Below, one piece after another: positions 43,427-53,349 of a DNA stretch of 64,000 nucleotides. The DNA lies in the IMG/VR virus record IMGVR_UViG_3300016476_001289; one strand, 5' to 3'. Numbering within the stretch: the stretch's first letter is position 1; the number at the start of each line of letters is the position of its first letter. A model generated the notes under the pieces. The model was given only the letters and a program-made list of their open reading frames with translations. It made no database searches and was not told the origin of the DNA. The DNA comes from a virus. A program made the translations under genes and the position numbers.

Positions 43427-43912
43427 TTACCAGTTAGCTCCCAACTTATTTCCCACACCCCAGGCTTTTCTTGCACCTTCTAATATGAGATTAAAAAACT
43501 CTTCAAAATTATATTCGAGCTTCTTTTTTCCCTTATCTATCGTATAAAATGGTTTTAGATTTTCAACTGACTTAATATCTTTTAAAGAATAATAATCACT
43601 ACTCTTTTTGTCATATTGCCAATCCATATATATTTTAGGTGTCACATCTTGTTGGTTTATCATAACAGAAACAAAATTATTGCCGTCTTCTATTATAGAA
43701 ACATTTGGCAGTTTCACATTCATATATAAACCTATTAAAGACCTAGTTGGATCTTGATACTCTTCAAATCCAATTTCTTGGATAAAAGATTTAAACAAGG
43801 TGTTTACTTTTTCTTCACCATAGTTTTTTACTATGTCTATATTAGACTTAGCTACTTTCTTTTTCACCTCAACACCATCTACCCCAATGATTTTAATTTC
43901 AGTGATACTCAT
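43427..43912 (-). CDS. family A protein
   Basis: FIQEIGF...FEEFFNLILEGARKAW. Confidence 0.65.
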   Translation of the reverse strand: MSITEIKIIGVDGVEVKKKVAKSNIDIVKNYGEEKVNTLFKSFIQEIGFEEYQDPTRSLIGLYMNVKLPNVSIIEDGNNFVSVMINQQDVTPKIYMDWQYDKKSSDYYSLKDIKSVENLKPFYTIDKGKKKLEYNFEEFFNLILEGARKAWGVGNKLGANW

Positions 43913-43924
43913 TTAAATCCTTTC

Positions 43925-44596
43925 TTAGAGAATGTTGTATTCAGTTAGTTTTTTAGCAATAATATCTTTTTGTCTTTGAGTGAATGACGCTTTAGGTCCA
44001 AATCTCTTAATCCCATCTAAGATACTTAAACTAAAATTATGAGTCCATTCATCACCTTTAGCTTGTGATGCTGAACATAAAGCATTTATCTTATTTTGAA
44101 ATTCTACTTGTTCTTCACTTAACACTTTCTTTACAGGTGTATATTTTTTATTCAACATACTTAACACCTTATCACTCAACACTTGACCATTACTTACTTT
44201 TTGTAAATTCTCTTTATAAAAATCACTCTTGTCCCAATCAGGAATTGATTGTATCTTAACACTCATTTCAATTTGATATTGTTGTAATTCTTCAGGTGTC
44301 ATGTGGATTTGTTTTTCATAGAAGTGCGTTTTAGCTTCATAGATAGCTTTCCAATGATTCACTACTTTAAAAGCTACATCGGAACTTTCAGGTAGCTTAG
44401 GAAAGTCTTTAGAATTTAAAACTCTATTTAAACTCTCAGACCATAAAACACTTGTGAATTTAATCACATTGTCACTTTGAATTGTGGTGTTTATCTTCAC
44501 ACTAACTTTAGGTGAAAGGTGAACGAGATACTCAGAACTTCTTTTAGTAAAAGTTAGAGTTAAAAAAGATTTTTCAAAATCATTACGAGTCATCAT
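43925..44596 (-). CDS. hypothetical protein (LS.K/FT.RQ motifs related to 33557)
   Basis: DEWTHNFSLSI...FTQRQ versus NEWEEKFSKSL...LSEKQ. Confidence 0.55.
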   Translation of the reverse strand: MMTRNDFEKSFLTLTFTKRSSEYLVHLSPKVSVKINTTIQSDNVIKFTSVLWSESLNRVLNSKDFPKLPESSDVAFKVVNHWKAIYEAKTHFYEKQIHMTPEELQQYQIEMSVKIQSIPDWDKSDFYKENLQKVSNGQVLSDKVLSMLNKKYTPVKKVLSEEQVEFQNKINALCSASQAKGDEWTHNFSLSILDGIKRFGPKASFTQRQKDIIAKKLTEYNIL

Positions 44597-44646
44597 TTTA
44601 TTATTCCTTATGTTTATTTTTGTTTATAGATGAAGGGGTTCGCATA

Positions 44647-45033
44647 CTATGCAATAATTACAGGTGCATATTCCTTAATGAGTGATTCAAGTTGATCCCA
44701 ACTAAAATCTACCGTAGCAACTTCTTCCATACAATCTTCTACTGAATCTTCGGAATCTTCATCATAGGTTCTCACCATGATAAAAACTTCAATAGTATTA
44801 TCCTCAAGATCACAATAAATTTGAGCTTGTTGTGGGAGTCCAGTTTCAACTTCATCTTGCATATGATTTACAAAGATTGAGAAAAATGGTTCACCACCAT
44901 GTAAAGCACTATCTTCTAAGAGAAGATTATCATAACCTGATTTTTGAATTAGGTTAAGAGCAGTTTGAGCAACAACAGCTTGGCTACCAATAACAGGAGC
45001 GCCACTTAAATATCTTAAAACATGATCTTTCAT
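44647..45033 (-). CDS. acidic protein, paralog of 45066..45443
   Basis: LEDSAL.GG..FSIFVN...G.P..A.IYCDL...DFSW shared. Confidence 0.65.
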   Translation of the reverse strand: MKDHVLRYLSGAPVIGSQAVVAQTALNLIQKSGYDNLLLEDSALHGGEPFFSIFVNHMQDEVETGLPQQAQIYCDLEDNTIEVFIMVRTYDEDSEDSVEDCMEEVATVDFSWDQLESLIKEYAPVIIA

Positions 45034-45065
45034 GTATAACTTCCTTTTTGGAATGGGGTTTTTGT

Positions 45066-45443
45066 TTAGAGATAGGTTTTTGAGGAATATTCAATGATAA
45101 GGTCTTCAAGTCTTTGCCATGTAAAATCATAAATGATCTCATCAGCATATTTAACATGAATGTCTTTTTCTTCATCAAAGGTTTCAGCCATTTGTGAAAT
45201 TCTAATTTGCTTATCTTCGGTGATTAAATCACAATAGATAATTGCATGAACAGGATAACCACTCTTCACTGTGTTTTGATTGAAATTTACGAGTATTGAA
45301 AATTCAGCGTGTCCATTGTATAGACTAGAATCTTCTAACTCAACATTGTGTAAATTCAAATCTTTTACAAGTGCTGTGATTTTGTTAAGCAATGCAGATT
45401 GCTTTGTATTTACAGGTTTTCCTAAAATTTTATTGATATACAT
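45066..45443 (-). CDS. paralog of 44647..45033
   Basis: LEDSSLYNG..FSILVN...IYCDL...DFTW. Confidence 0.65.
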   Translation of the reverse strand: MYINKILGKPVNTKQSALLNKITALVKDLNLHNVELEDSSLYNGHAEFSILVNFNQNTVKSGYPVHAIIYCDLITEDKQIRISQMAETFDEEKDIHVKYADEIIYDFTWQRLEDLIIEYSSKTYL

Positions 45444-45483
45444 TTAAATGCCTTTCTATGTGTTGTTAAAGTGTTGTTAAGGT

Positions 45484-46938
45484 TTATCCTCTTAAATTAT
45501 TGCCTCTTGGAATATAAACTACCTTATGCCCATTAGGAATATAAGTTTTAGTTCCTAAAGACCTATCCATTTTGTTAATTTCTTTTTCAGCTTTCTCTTG
45601 TAATTTATCGAGAGTGTCTGTGCTAAAATCACCTTGATCTAATTTTTGCTTAATTGATTCCACTAAATCTTTTTTGCTTCTAGATTGACCATTAGAAATT
45701 TTGTCCGATTTTTCCTCAGATTCTTTCATCTTATCATTTTTCTTATTATCATCCTTACCTTTACCCTTACCATCATCATCTTCATCATCCTCTTTACCAT
45801 CTTTACCATCCTTACCATCTTTACCATCCTTACCATCTTTACCATCTTCTTCATCATCACCTTCTTCTGAATCACCTTCACCTTCATCGCCTTTTTCTTC
45901 ATCATCATCTTCCCCTTCACCATTAGTTCCTTGACCATTACCTTGATTGCCACCAGGACCTTGAGGAGGACATTGAGTTTTATCATCACCAGGTTGTTGT
46001 GGTGGTTCTTGTTGTTGTTCATCAACAAGAGTCTTTAACTCAATTAGCAATTCAATAGCTGCTACCATTGGACAATGTAAAGTTCCATCAATATCATTAG
46101 AATTGATTTGATTCATTCTCACCAAAGGCATTAATGTATCTTGAACTAAATCCCATTCAGTTTTAAACTTGGTCTTATAAAACTTGAATCGTTCATCTAG
46201 GATAGGAGCGACATGGTTTTTACCAATGTCCCTCATCATCACAATGATGATGTTCAAAGAATCAGCTTTATCTAAACCTTCATTTTCTAATTCTAAAATA
46301 CATTTTTGAACATCAACGAATCTTTGTTTAGTAGGAGGATACATAACAGGCATCATGTTCTCTAAACGAATATCTGCAAAGAGATTTGAGAATTTAGCTA
46401 ATTGCTGAATATATGGATCAAAATATGAATTTTTAAGGTTTGGATTTTGAACATAATCAAAACTATTGACTAGCTTTTTGAGTGATTTTACAATAGGTTC
46501 AAAGAAACCCTTAGGGGTCATTTTATTTGCTTTATCACAAAGAATATGTCCTAATTCATGTTCTGCACCACCTAAACCTACTGACTTATTTGCGCCCATA
46601 GAAAAGAGTGCTGCAACAGGATCAGGTAAATACAAAATAATATCTTCCTTAGCATTTTCTACTTTGGAAATTTCATTTTGTGCGTGTCTTGTGTAATCAT
46701 CTACAATTTGAGAATCACTTGTCTTGAGAAAATACTCAAATCTCTTATTTTTCAAAAATGACATAACAAGGCTATTACAAGTTGTCGCTCTTACTGCGAA
46801 TCCTGTGCCACCACGAACGACCTTTACATTGTTTTGAGTGCAAAGACCAATGAATGCGCCTTCACCCATTCTCATGGGATCATTTTGAAGTGCAAACGCA
46901 ACGATTTTACTACGATCAGTATTACTTTGAGGTAGCAT
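45484..46938 (-). CDS. HExxH metallopeptidase-like protein (N-terminal region typical of MoxR-associated VWA proteins) with acidic linker
   Basis: AEHELGHIL and NLFADIRLEN motifs, then G/D/E/K-rich linker; no VWA domain seen. Confidence 0.55.
   Translation of the reverse strand: MLPQSNTDRSKIVAFALQNDPMRMGEGAFIGLCTQNNVKVVRGGTGFAVRATTCNSLVMSFLKNKRFEYFLKTSDSQIVDDYTRHAQNEISKVENAKEDIILYLPDPVAALFSMGANKSVGLGGAEHELGHILCDKANKMTPKGFFEPIVKSLKKLVNSFDYVQNPNLKNSYFDPYIQQLAKFSNLFADIRLENMMPVMYPPTKQRFVDVQKCILELENEGLDKADSLNIIIVMMRDIGKNHVAPILDERFKFYKTKFKTEWDLVQDTLMPLVRMNQINSNDIDGTLHCPMVAAIELLIELKTLVDEQQQEPPQQPGDDKTQCPPQGPGGNQGNGQGTNGEGEDDDEEKGDEGEGDSEEGDDEEDGKDGKDGKDGKDGKDGKEDDEDDDGKGKGKDDNKKNDKMKESEEKSDKISNGQSRSKKDLVESIKQKLDQGDFSTDTLDKLQEKAEKEINKMDRSLGTKTYIPNGHKVVYIPRGNNLRG
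45792..45845 (-). repeat. 6 x 9-bp coding tandem repeat (DGK)
   Basis: c(t/c)ttaccat x6. Confidence 0.85.
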
Positions 46939-47399
46939 ATATACTCCTGTATAGAGTTAAGGGTTTAACAAAAAAGAGATTTTTCATTCTCATGCTTAAC
47001 CTATGTTTTGAGTCAATTTTTTCAACGATTTTAAAATGTTTAGATATTTCAAACACTTACGAATTTCGCCTGCGGCGGATAATATGTAGAAATCTAGCCT
47101 AAGATAAAATGTAGAAATCTACCTATATATAGGTCTAAAAAGGGGGGTCCGCATCTACCCTAATACTGAATATATACTTAGTTATATATTAGTCTATTAT
47201 ATATAGAATTAGGGTGTATGCGGACCCTATATAATCAATATAACAATACTAGATTTCTACATAATATCTGAGCCTAGATTTCTACATTTTATGCGCCGCA
47301 GAGCGCACTGCTAAGTTATCAAAATTTCTTAACTTTTTTAAATCGTTGAAAAAAAAGACTCAAAATATAGCGTGTATATAAGCTCAAAAAGAAAGGTTT
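46939..47399. promoter_or_regulatory. divergent M1/M2/IHF-box element (closest relative of the 18.5-kb element)
   Basis: M1 at 47084 and 47109; M2 at about 47145 and inverted at 47216; inverted M1 at 47250 and 47275; right arm is a close reverse complement of 18525-18648. Confidence 0.85.
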
Positions 47400-47405
47400 T
47401 TGATT

Positions 47406-48104
47406 ATGAAAAAATACACTTATTCCGAATTAAGTGACAAAGCTAAACAAGTAGTTATTGAAGCTAATAGAGATTGCTTTGATTATGATTGGTGGGACGG
47501 GTCCTATGATCTTATTACTTGTACATTAGAAGATGAATTTGATCTTACTGCATCCATCGAAGAATTTGATGTATCTAGAGATTGCTATATTGAATTAGGA
47601 TTGAAAATAGATAGCATCTCTTCTTTTCTCAAAAAGAATCAAAAATATTTTGATAGAGAATCTTATCTCTTAATGACACATTTACCTTATTACAATATGT
47701 CTTTTAAGTATGAGTACTTTAAATATTGTGAAAGTAAAATTGATGGTGTTAAGAAAGATAGATGGATAGATAATTCAGGTTTTTTTGACACAGAACAATT
47801 TGATACTTGTGATTCTTGTGGTAAAGAAAAAGCATGGGAAGAAGATAGAGATTATGAAGAACAAGAATATTGTGATTGTTCTTATCCACTTGATATTATC
47901 AATCTAGATTTAGAAAAGCTATCAAGTTGTATAGCTGAAGTTTTAGAAGATGCTTCTAAAAGATCATATGAGATTTTATCCGGTGATTACGAGTATTATT
48001 CTTCCGATGAATATATATCGAATCAATTAGAAGAATGTGATGATCGTTTCTACACTGAGGACGGTGAAGAAGTAGAAAATGATGATGATGATGAAAATAA
48101 CTAA
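47406..48104 (+). CDS. very acidic hypothetical early-type protein
   Basis: YSELSDKAK...DWWD...YEYYSSDE...FYTEDG; D/E-rich. Confidence 0.65.
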   Translation: MKKYTYSELSDKAKQVVIEANRDCFDYDWWDGSYDLITCTLEDEFDLTASIEEFDVSRDCYIELGLKIDSISSFLKKNQKYFDRESYLLMTHLPYYNMSFKYEYFKYCESKIDGVKKDRWIDNSGFFDTEQFDTCDSCGKEKAWEEDRDYEEQEYCDCSYPLDIINLDLEKLSSCIAEVLEDASKRSYEILSGDYEYYSSDEYISNQLEECDDRFYTEDGEEVENDDDDENN

Positions 48105-48135
48105 ATGCGAACCCCCCATTAGAAAGGACTAAAAA

Positions 48136-48534
48136 ATGACTTTACTCATAAAAAAAGATAACAAAAAACAAGTGAATCGTGAGTCTATTATAGAATTTCA
48201 CAATAAATACTATGACACAAGATTTGATTCTTCACCTGAAGAAAGAGACCAAGAGATTCTTTTACTTTTGAATCAATTTTTCACTGAATGTAATATACCT
48301 AATATCTCTTATGATGGTAAATGGTCTTATGACAAATTGCGTTTTGAATATGACCGAGAGAATTTATATGGTTATGTATATGAATCTAAAGTCTTAGAAT
48401 ATTCTTTGAAAGATACTGAAAGTATTTTAATAGGTGGAACATTCCGTATAAATGATGGTATTCACCACACTCTTAAATCGTTCTTAGAATTACTTCTAAA
48501 AGATATAAGAAAAGTATGGAGTGATAATAAATGA
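48136..48534 (+). CDS. family A protein
   Basis: C-terminal LLKDIRKVW. Confidence 0.65.
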   Translation: MTLLIKKDNKKQVNRESIIEFHNKYYDTRFDSSPEERDQEILLLLNQFFTECNIPNISYDGKWSYDKLRFEYDRENLYGYVYESKVLEYSLKDTESILIGGTFRINDGIHHTLKSFLELLLKDIRKVWSDNK

Positions 48535-48926
48535 AATTCACTTGTATTACAGATAAAAGAATATCCATACCTAATGATGAAATAGTGAAATACTATAATG
48601 AATGTGAAGACACCTATAAAATCTTAGAGAGTTTTTTTAGAGAAATAGGTTTTGAACTTTCTTTTGTGAGTCAACATATCAATAAAAGACATAATAGTAA
48701 AATGAGTATCATTACTATTCAAATAGATACTCTTCTAAAAATGCTTATCTTATATACTACAGGAAAAGAGAATTATGGCATCGATTACTATGATGATGCG
48801 GACCACCCCTTTATCATAAAGGGTATTAAATTAAACTTTGAAGAAGGATTAAACCAAATACTAAGAGTCATAAGAGAATTATGGCAGAAAGAGCAATTAA
48901 ATGCCTTACACAAAAATAGTAAATAA
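48531..48926 (+). CDS. family A protein
   Basis: FFREIGF...FEEGLNQILRVIRELW. Confidence 0.7.
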   Translation: MKFTCITDKRISIPNDEIVKYYNECEDTYKILESFFREIGFELSFVSQHINKRHNSKMSIITIQIDTLLKMLILYTTGKENYGIDYYDDADHPFIIKGIKLNFEEGLNQILRVIRELWQKEQLNALHKNSK

Positions 48927-49353
48927 AAGAAGAGTTTCTCTTACTGAAGAAGAGATTCAAAAGAACCAATGGTTTACTAAGGGAGGTGAAATGATTATGA
49001 CTTTCTTATTTGAAGTAGGATTCGTAATCGCTACACAAAAAGATATTTATGACTCTTTAGGTGAAAAAACAGATAATTTTGTAATTTACCAGCATCAAAA
49101 ACTACCTAATATGTCCTTAGCTCTACCTAGTATATATGGTGAGTCAAGTGATAAACTTATCTTCTATTATGAAGATAGGGAAGTTGCTAGATCAGGTTTA
49201 AGATTCTGTTTTGATCTAAGAGAAGTAGGCAAGTCTTGGAAGACTCCTTTTAGGACGGAAAAAGACTTAGACCTAAATTATGAAGATGGTTTTAACTATA
49301 TACTCAACACAATCCGTTCCATTTGGGAACTTAATCAAAGGAATAAAATATGA
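48901..49353 (+). CDS. family A protein
   Basis: YTKIVNKRRV...YEDGFNYILNTIRSIW. Confidence 0.7.
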   Translation: MPYTKIVNKRRVSLTEEEIQKNQWFTKGGEMIMTFLFEVGFVIATQKDIYDSLGEKTDNFVIYQHQKLPNMSLALPSIYGESSDKLIFYYEDREVARSGLRFCFDLREVGKSWKTPFRTEKDLDLNYEDGFNYILNTIRSIWELNQRNKI

Positions 49354-49799
49354 ACTACACTCAATTTAGATATGGTAAAAGAGTCGCCAATCCTGATGTT
49401 CAATGGATAGTCGAAGGCTTAAAACCAAATGGGACAAAAAGCTTAAAAAACTTAAAAGCTAATGGTACATTGGATTACTTTATAAATCATGTACTCCAGA
49501 TAATCCAAGAAATAGGATTTATAGAAAAATCTTATAATAAGCGATATGTAGGTGATGTCTGTCTTTCTCTCTATTTTTATGATGAATATATAGAATTTAT
49601 CCTATCTAAAGGTGAAGATAAATGTGTCATTAAGGTGGAAGAGTTTAAATCAACAAATCCCAAACTCACTGAGACTTGGGAAAAAACTAAAAATACTAAA
49701 AACCTTAGTGATTCTTATTCTTATCTTAATCAAGATTGTCAATACCGATTTATAGATACTCTTATACATAACACTAGAACCCTATGGGAGATAAAATAA
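49350..49799 (+). CDS. family A protein
   Basis: MNYT...KRVANP...TRTLW. Confidence 0.7.
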   Translation: MNYTQFRYGKRVANPDVQWIVEGLKPNGTKSLKNLKANGTLDYFINHVLQIIQEIGFIEKSYNKRYVGDVCLSLYFYDEYIEFILSKGEDKCVIKVEEFKSTNPKLTETWEKTKNTKNLSDSYSYLNQDCQYRFIDTLIHNTRTLWEIK

Positions 49800-49800
49800 A

Positions 49801-50211
49801 ATGAAATACACAGAAGTTAAATACAAGAAAAGAGTCGCCAATCCTAATGCTAAATGGGTATCTGATGCCTTACAATCTAGTGATATTTCATCTCATATAG
49901 AAGAGCTCTTATATGAAATGAAATTTGAAAAAAGAGATATTAACTACCATTTAGGTGATGTTCGTATTTCCTTCAGTATAAAGGATGAGTGTATATCTTT
50001 TTACCTAACTAAAAATGAAGGTGAAAGTAAAGAATTTTGTGCTCTTTCCTTACACGATTATAAGGGGAAACTTCCAATATATAAAATATATTGGGAAGAA
50101 AGTGAAAATATAAAGGGGTCTGAAAGAGACATTCCTCTTAATCTAGATTATCAACACCGATTTATAGATACCATTATAGAATGCACTCGAACCCTATGGA
50201 AGATAATATAA
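49801..50211 (+). CDS. family A protein
   Basis: MKYT...KRVANP...TRTLW. Confidence 0.7.
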   Translation: MKYTEVKYKKRVANPNAKWVSDALQSSDISSHIEELLYEMKFEKRDINYHLGDVRISFSIKDECISFYLTKNEGESKEFCALSLHDYKGKLPIYKIYWEESENIKGSERDIPLNLDYQHRFIDTIIECTRTLWKII

Positions 50212-50212
50212 A

Positions 50213-50593
50213 ATGAATTTAACACATATCGTAGATAATAAAAGAGTCGCTAAAGATAATAACTTCCTTTTTGAACAATTTAAACATACTTGGGGTGGAT
50301 GTTCTCTTCTTAAACTATTGGAAGAAGAACTTTCATTTAATAGAGTAGAGGAAGGTCATATTATGACCTTAACTCATAAGCAAATGCCCCACCTAGTTAT
50401 AAAATTGGAATATAAGGAAGGGATATTACATATCTATTATAAAGGTCGAATATTGGATACTATTAGGACAATGGGTGGGGGAGTTTATACTAAGTATAAA
50501 ATAAACAACAAGATCTCCCTCCCGTATAATAATTATGAAGAGACTTTCAACTTTATTATTAACAAAATCAGAAACCTATGGGAGTTAAAATGA
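50213..50593 (+). CDS. family A protein
   Basis: KRVAKDNN...YEETFNFIINKIRNLW. Confidence 0.7.
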   Translation: MNLTHIVDNKRVAKDNNFLFEQFKHTWGGCSLLKLLEEELSFNRVEEGHIMTLTHKQMPHLVIKLEYKEGILHIYYKGRILDTIRTMGGGVYTKYKINNKISLPYNNYEETFNFIINKIRNLWELK

Positions 50594-51015
50594 TTACCTT
50601 AACTGAAATTAAAAACAAGAAAAGAATCGCACTAGATAATACAACTCTCACAGAAAAAACAAAGACTTATAGACTTGAAATTATTATTGACTTGTTTCTT
50701 AATGAGATAGGATTTGAGTCTGAAATAAGAGCAAATTCAAATAGACCGGGTTATGTTGAAGTCTATACTCATAAAAAAATCAATTATCTTGAAATAATAG
50801 GTGATGCGGAAAACCATAGTTTAATGTTAGTTAATACATCCACTAAAGACTCTTATACTATCCAATATTCTAAAATGGACTTTGACGAATATGATAAACT
50901 CTATCTTAAAGAAGTATTCCGCCCTTTCTTTGTAAAAGGTATAGGTTACTTTACCTTTGAAGAAGGTTTCAATTACATACTAACCACCATAAGAACCTTA
51001 TGGGAGATGAAATAA
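50590..51015 (+). CDS. family A protein
   Basis: KRIA...FEEGFNYILTTIRTLW; SD ggag before ATG 50590. Confidence 0.7.
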   Translation: MITLTEIKNKKRIALDNTTLTEKTKTYRLEIIIDLFLNEIGFESEIRANSNRPGYVEVYTHKKINYLEIIGDAENHSLMLVNTSTKDSYTIQYSKMDFDEYDKLYLKEVFRPFFVKGIGYFTFEEGFNYILTTIRTLWEMK

Positions 51016-51021
51016 AATAAA

Positions 51022-51396
51022 ATGAACTACACTGAAATTAAAGACAACAAAAGAATATCTAAAGATAACAACTTCCTTTTTGAACAATTTAAAAATCATG
51101 CCTTCCCTATGTCTGCTCTTAGCCTACTCTTTGAAGAACTTTCTTTTCTTGGAGACCCCTTAGGACGAAAAAGAGTTTTCACCCATAAGCAAATCCCCCA
51201 CTTAGTTATAAAAATAGACCTTAAGAAAAACCTCTTACTTATATTCCATAAAGGTAAGAAAACAGATACCCTTACAGGATTTACCACCACAGAACAATTT
51301 ACTAAATATAAAATAAACGACACCGACATCTTCACCTATGAAGAAACTTTCAACTTTATCATTAACAAAATCAGAACCCTATGGGGAAGTAACTAA
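51022..51396 (+). CDS. family A protein
   Basis: MNYTEIKDNKRI...YEETFNFIINKIRTLW. Confidence 0.7.
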   Translation: MNYTEIKDNKRISKDNNFLFEQFKNHAFPMSALSLLFEELSFLGDPLGRKRVFTHKQIPHLVIKIDLKKNLLLIFHKGKKTDTLTGFTTTEQFTKYKINDTDIFTYEETFNFIINKIRTLWGSN

Positions 51397-51397
51397 A

Positions 51398-51772
51398 ATG
51401 AAACTAACACATATTGTAGATAATAAAAGAGTCGCTAAGACTAACAACCTACTTCAAAACTCACTTAAATACAAAGACCCCTGCTCTTCTCTTATTACAC
51501 TTCTTGAAGAAGAATTAGAATTTACTATGATAGATGAATCTTACGATGAATATAAATTTACATATATACATAGTCGTATTCCACACCTACTTATTCAAGT
51601 AGACTATAATGAAGCAATCTTACATATCCTGTATAAAGGTGAAATTAAGCATACTATCAATGTAGGAGATGTTTCCCCTTACTATAAGATAGACGATTTT
51701 AATTCCCAAAACTATGAAGAAACTTTCAACTTTATCATTAACAAGATTAGAACCCTATGGGGAAGTAAATGA
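51398..51772 (+). CDS. family A protein
   Basis: MKLTHIVDNKRV...YEETFNFIINKIRTLW (start reassigned from 51338). Confidence 0.7.
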   Translation: MKLTHIVDNKRVAKTNNLLQNSLKYKDPCSSLITLLEEELEFTMIDESYDEYKFTYIHSRIPHLLIQVDYNEAILHILYKGEIKHTINVGDVSPYYKIDDFNSQNYEETFNFIINKIRTLWGSK

Positions 51773-52173
51773 AATACACTGAAATTAAAGACTCTAAAAG
51801 AATTGCTCTTACAGATATTAAATTCCTACCACATAATCTTTCTTATGATATGGATAACATAAAAATAACATTACATGAGATTTTATCTGAAATGAACTAT
51901 GTAAAATTTGGTGAATACAATTATAGACTAGGTGATAAAATTAACATCGTATTTGGTGCTTTTCATAATTCTATCTTCTTATCTATAGACAACAAAAAAA
52001 ACAATTACTATATCTCTGTTCTCTTCCAAGAAAATGGTATTAACAATATCACCATAGATAAAGACACTCACCTAAATTCTAAGAGTAGAATCTTATCTAA
52101 AAAGATAACTTCAGACTCTATGTTTATAGACGCTATTTTAGAATATACTCGTAAACTCTGGGATATGAAATAA
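51769..52173 (+). CDS. family A protein
   Basis: MKYTEIKDSKRI...FIDAILEYTRKLW. Confidence 0.7.
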   Translation: MKYTEIKDSKRIALTDIKFLPHNLSYDMDNIKITLHEILSEMNYVKFGEYNYRLGDKINIVFGAFHNSIFLSIDNKKNNYYISVLFQENGINNITIDKDTHLNSKSRILSKKITSDSMFIDAILEYTRKLWDMK

Positions 52174-52236
52174 TTTTTACCTAGACTTCTTATATACTAT
52201 AAGTATATATAGGTAACACTCATAAGAAAGAAATAC

Positions 52237-52611
52237 ATGAAACTCGTCACTAAACAAGGTAATAAAAAAGTGTCTATTCCTAATGATGATATCCTTAGGG
52301 AATTTGAACTCTTTGAAACACACCAACTTTTAAATTACTTTTTCAGAGAAATTAAATTCGATCTTTATAACTTTAACTATAAAGATAATGACATCCCTAT
52401 TACGATAAGAAAACATAGAGGTATGTTTAATATTGAAATTCATGTAGATGAAGGATCAAAGATGGTTTATATATATGCTAAAAACCAATTAGATACTATT
52501 CTAGTATATACTAATGATATGGATAATCCTTTTAAAATTAACGACACTTATTATAACTACGAAAATGGGTTTAACTTCATTCTCAATAAAATAAGAGAAA
52601 TTTGGCTCTAA
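52237..52611 (+). CDS. family A protein
   Basis: KKVSIPND...YENGFNFILNKIREIW. Confidence 0.7.
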   Translation: MKLVTKQGNKKVSIPNDDILREFELFETHQLLNYFFREIKFDLYNFNYKDNDIPITIRKHRGMFNIEIHVDEGSKMVYIYAKNQLDTILVYTNDMDNPFKINDTYYNYENGFNFILNKIREIWL

Positions 52612-52802
52612 GGCTTCATATATACATTATTCTCATTTATCCAATGAGGCTTGATAAGACACCTTGCTACATATAAAGCTATTATATCTCTATTTACACC
52701 TGTAAGATAAGAACAATGTCCTATTTTAGGTGTACTACTAAAACAAATCACCCATGAAGTATTTGTTCTTACTACATTACTGTCTAATACAAAATAAACC
52801 AT
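52608..52802 (-). CDS. family B small protein
   Basis: IALYVARCLIKPHWINENNVY. Confidence 0.65.
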   Translation of the reverse strand: MVYFVLDSNVVRTNTSWVICFSSTPKIGHCSYLTGVNRDIIALYVARCLIKPHWINENNVYMKP

Positions 52803-53012
52803 TCATTCATCGCTTTCTATTATAGACCTTACAAACCAAGTAATTTTATAAAATATCACTTCTATCCTTAGAAAAAAGGATAAAACCCAACTTGGTTCTA
52901 AAGCCACTGCTATCTTTGACATCATATCAAATTGCTCAGATGTTAAATCTTCTGGCGCTTTATATGACACTTTACCATTTTCATCTATGGTGAGTATAAA
53001 TCGTTTTTCCAT
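52803..53012 (-). CDS. family C small protein
   Basis: PEDL...EPSWVLSFFLRIE. Confidence 0.55.
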   Translation of the reverse strand: MEKRFILTIDENGKVSYKAPEDLTSEQFDMMSKIAVALEPSWVLSFFLRIEVIFYKITWFVRSIIESDE

Positions 53013-53067
53013 TTTCGACTCCTTTTACATATATTATATTATAATATATATATGAAAGGACACCACT

Positions 53068-53346
53068 ATGACTAAATACCTACTTACCCTATCTCTCTTT
53101 ATCTTCTCTTGTGAAACCCCTATTACAAAACAAGAACTTTCCCTTATTGAGAAACATAAATCTCTAAGACTCAAATACCATAAACTTATGGGACACCACC
53201 TACAAGAGAATTTAACCCTCGATACTTCTAACCCTGAAGAAAAAGAACTTAGCCTCGTTCATATTGAACTCGCTAAAGAATATGCTAAACTCTATCTTAA
53301 AGAAGATGGGATCATTAAACTTCTCGAAGAAGAAAGCACACCCTAA
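53068..53346 (+). CDS. putative small lipoprotein
   Basis: MTKYLLTLSLFIFSC. Confidence 0.5.
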   Translation: MTKYLLTLSLFIFSCETPITKQELSLIEKHKSLRLKYHKLMGHHLQENLTLDTSNPEEKELSLVHIELAKEYAKLYLKEDGIIKLLEEESTP

Positions 53347-53349
53347 TCC

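Noticed and set aside
45685-46028. ORFs 45685+, 45701+ and 45726-
   Set aside because: Shadow frames of the low-complexity DGK/acidic linker of 45484..46938
48136-52611. Diversity-generating retroelement explaining family A or B variation
   Set aside because: No reverse transcriptase in the window and differences are not adenine-specific
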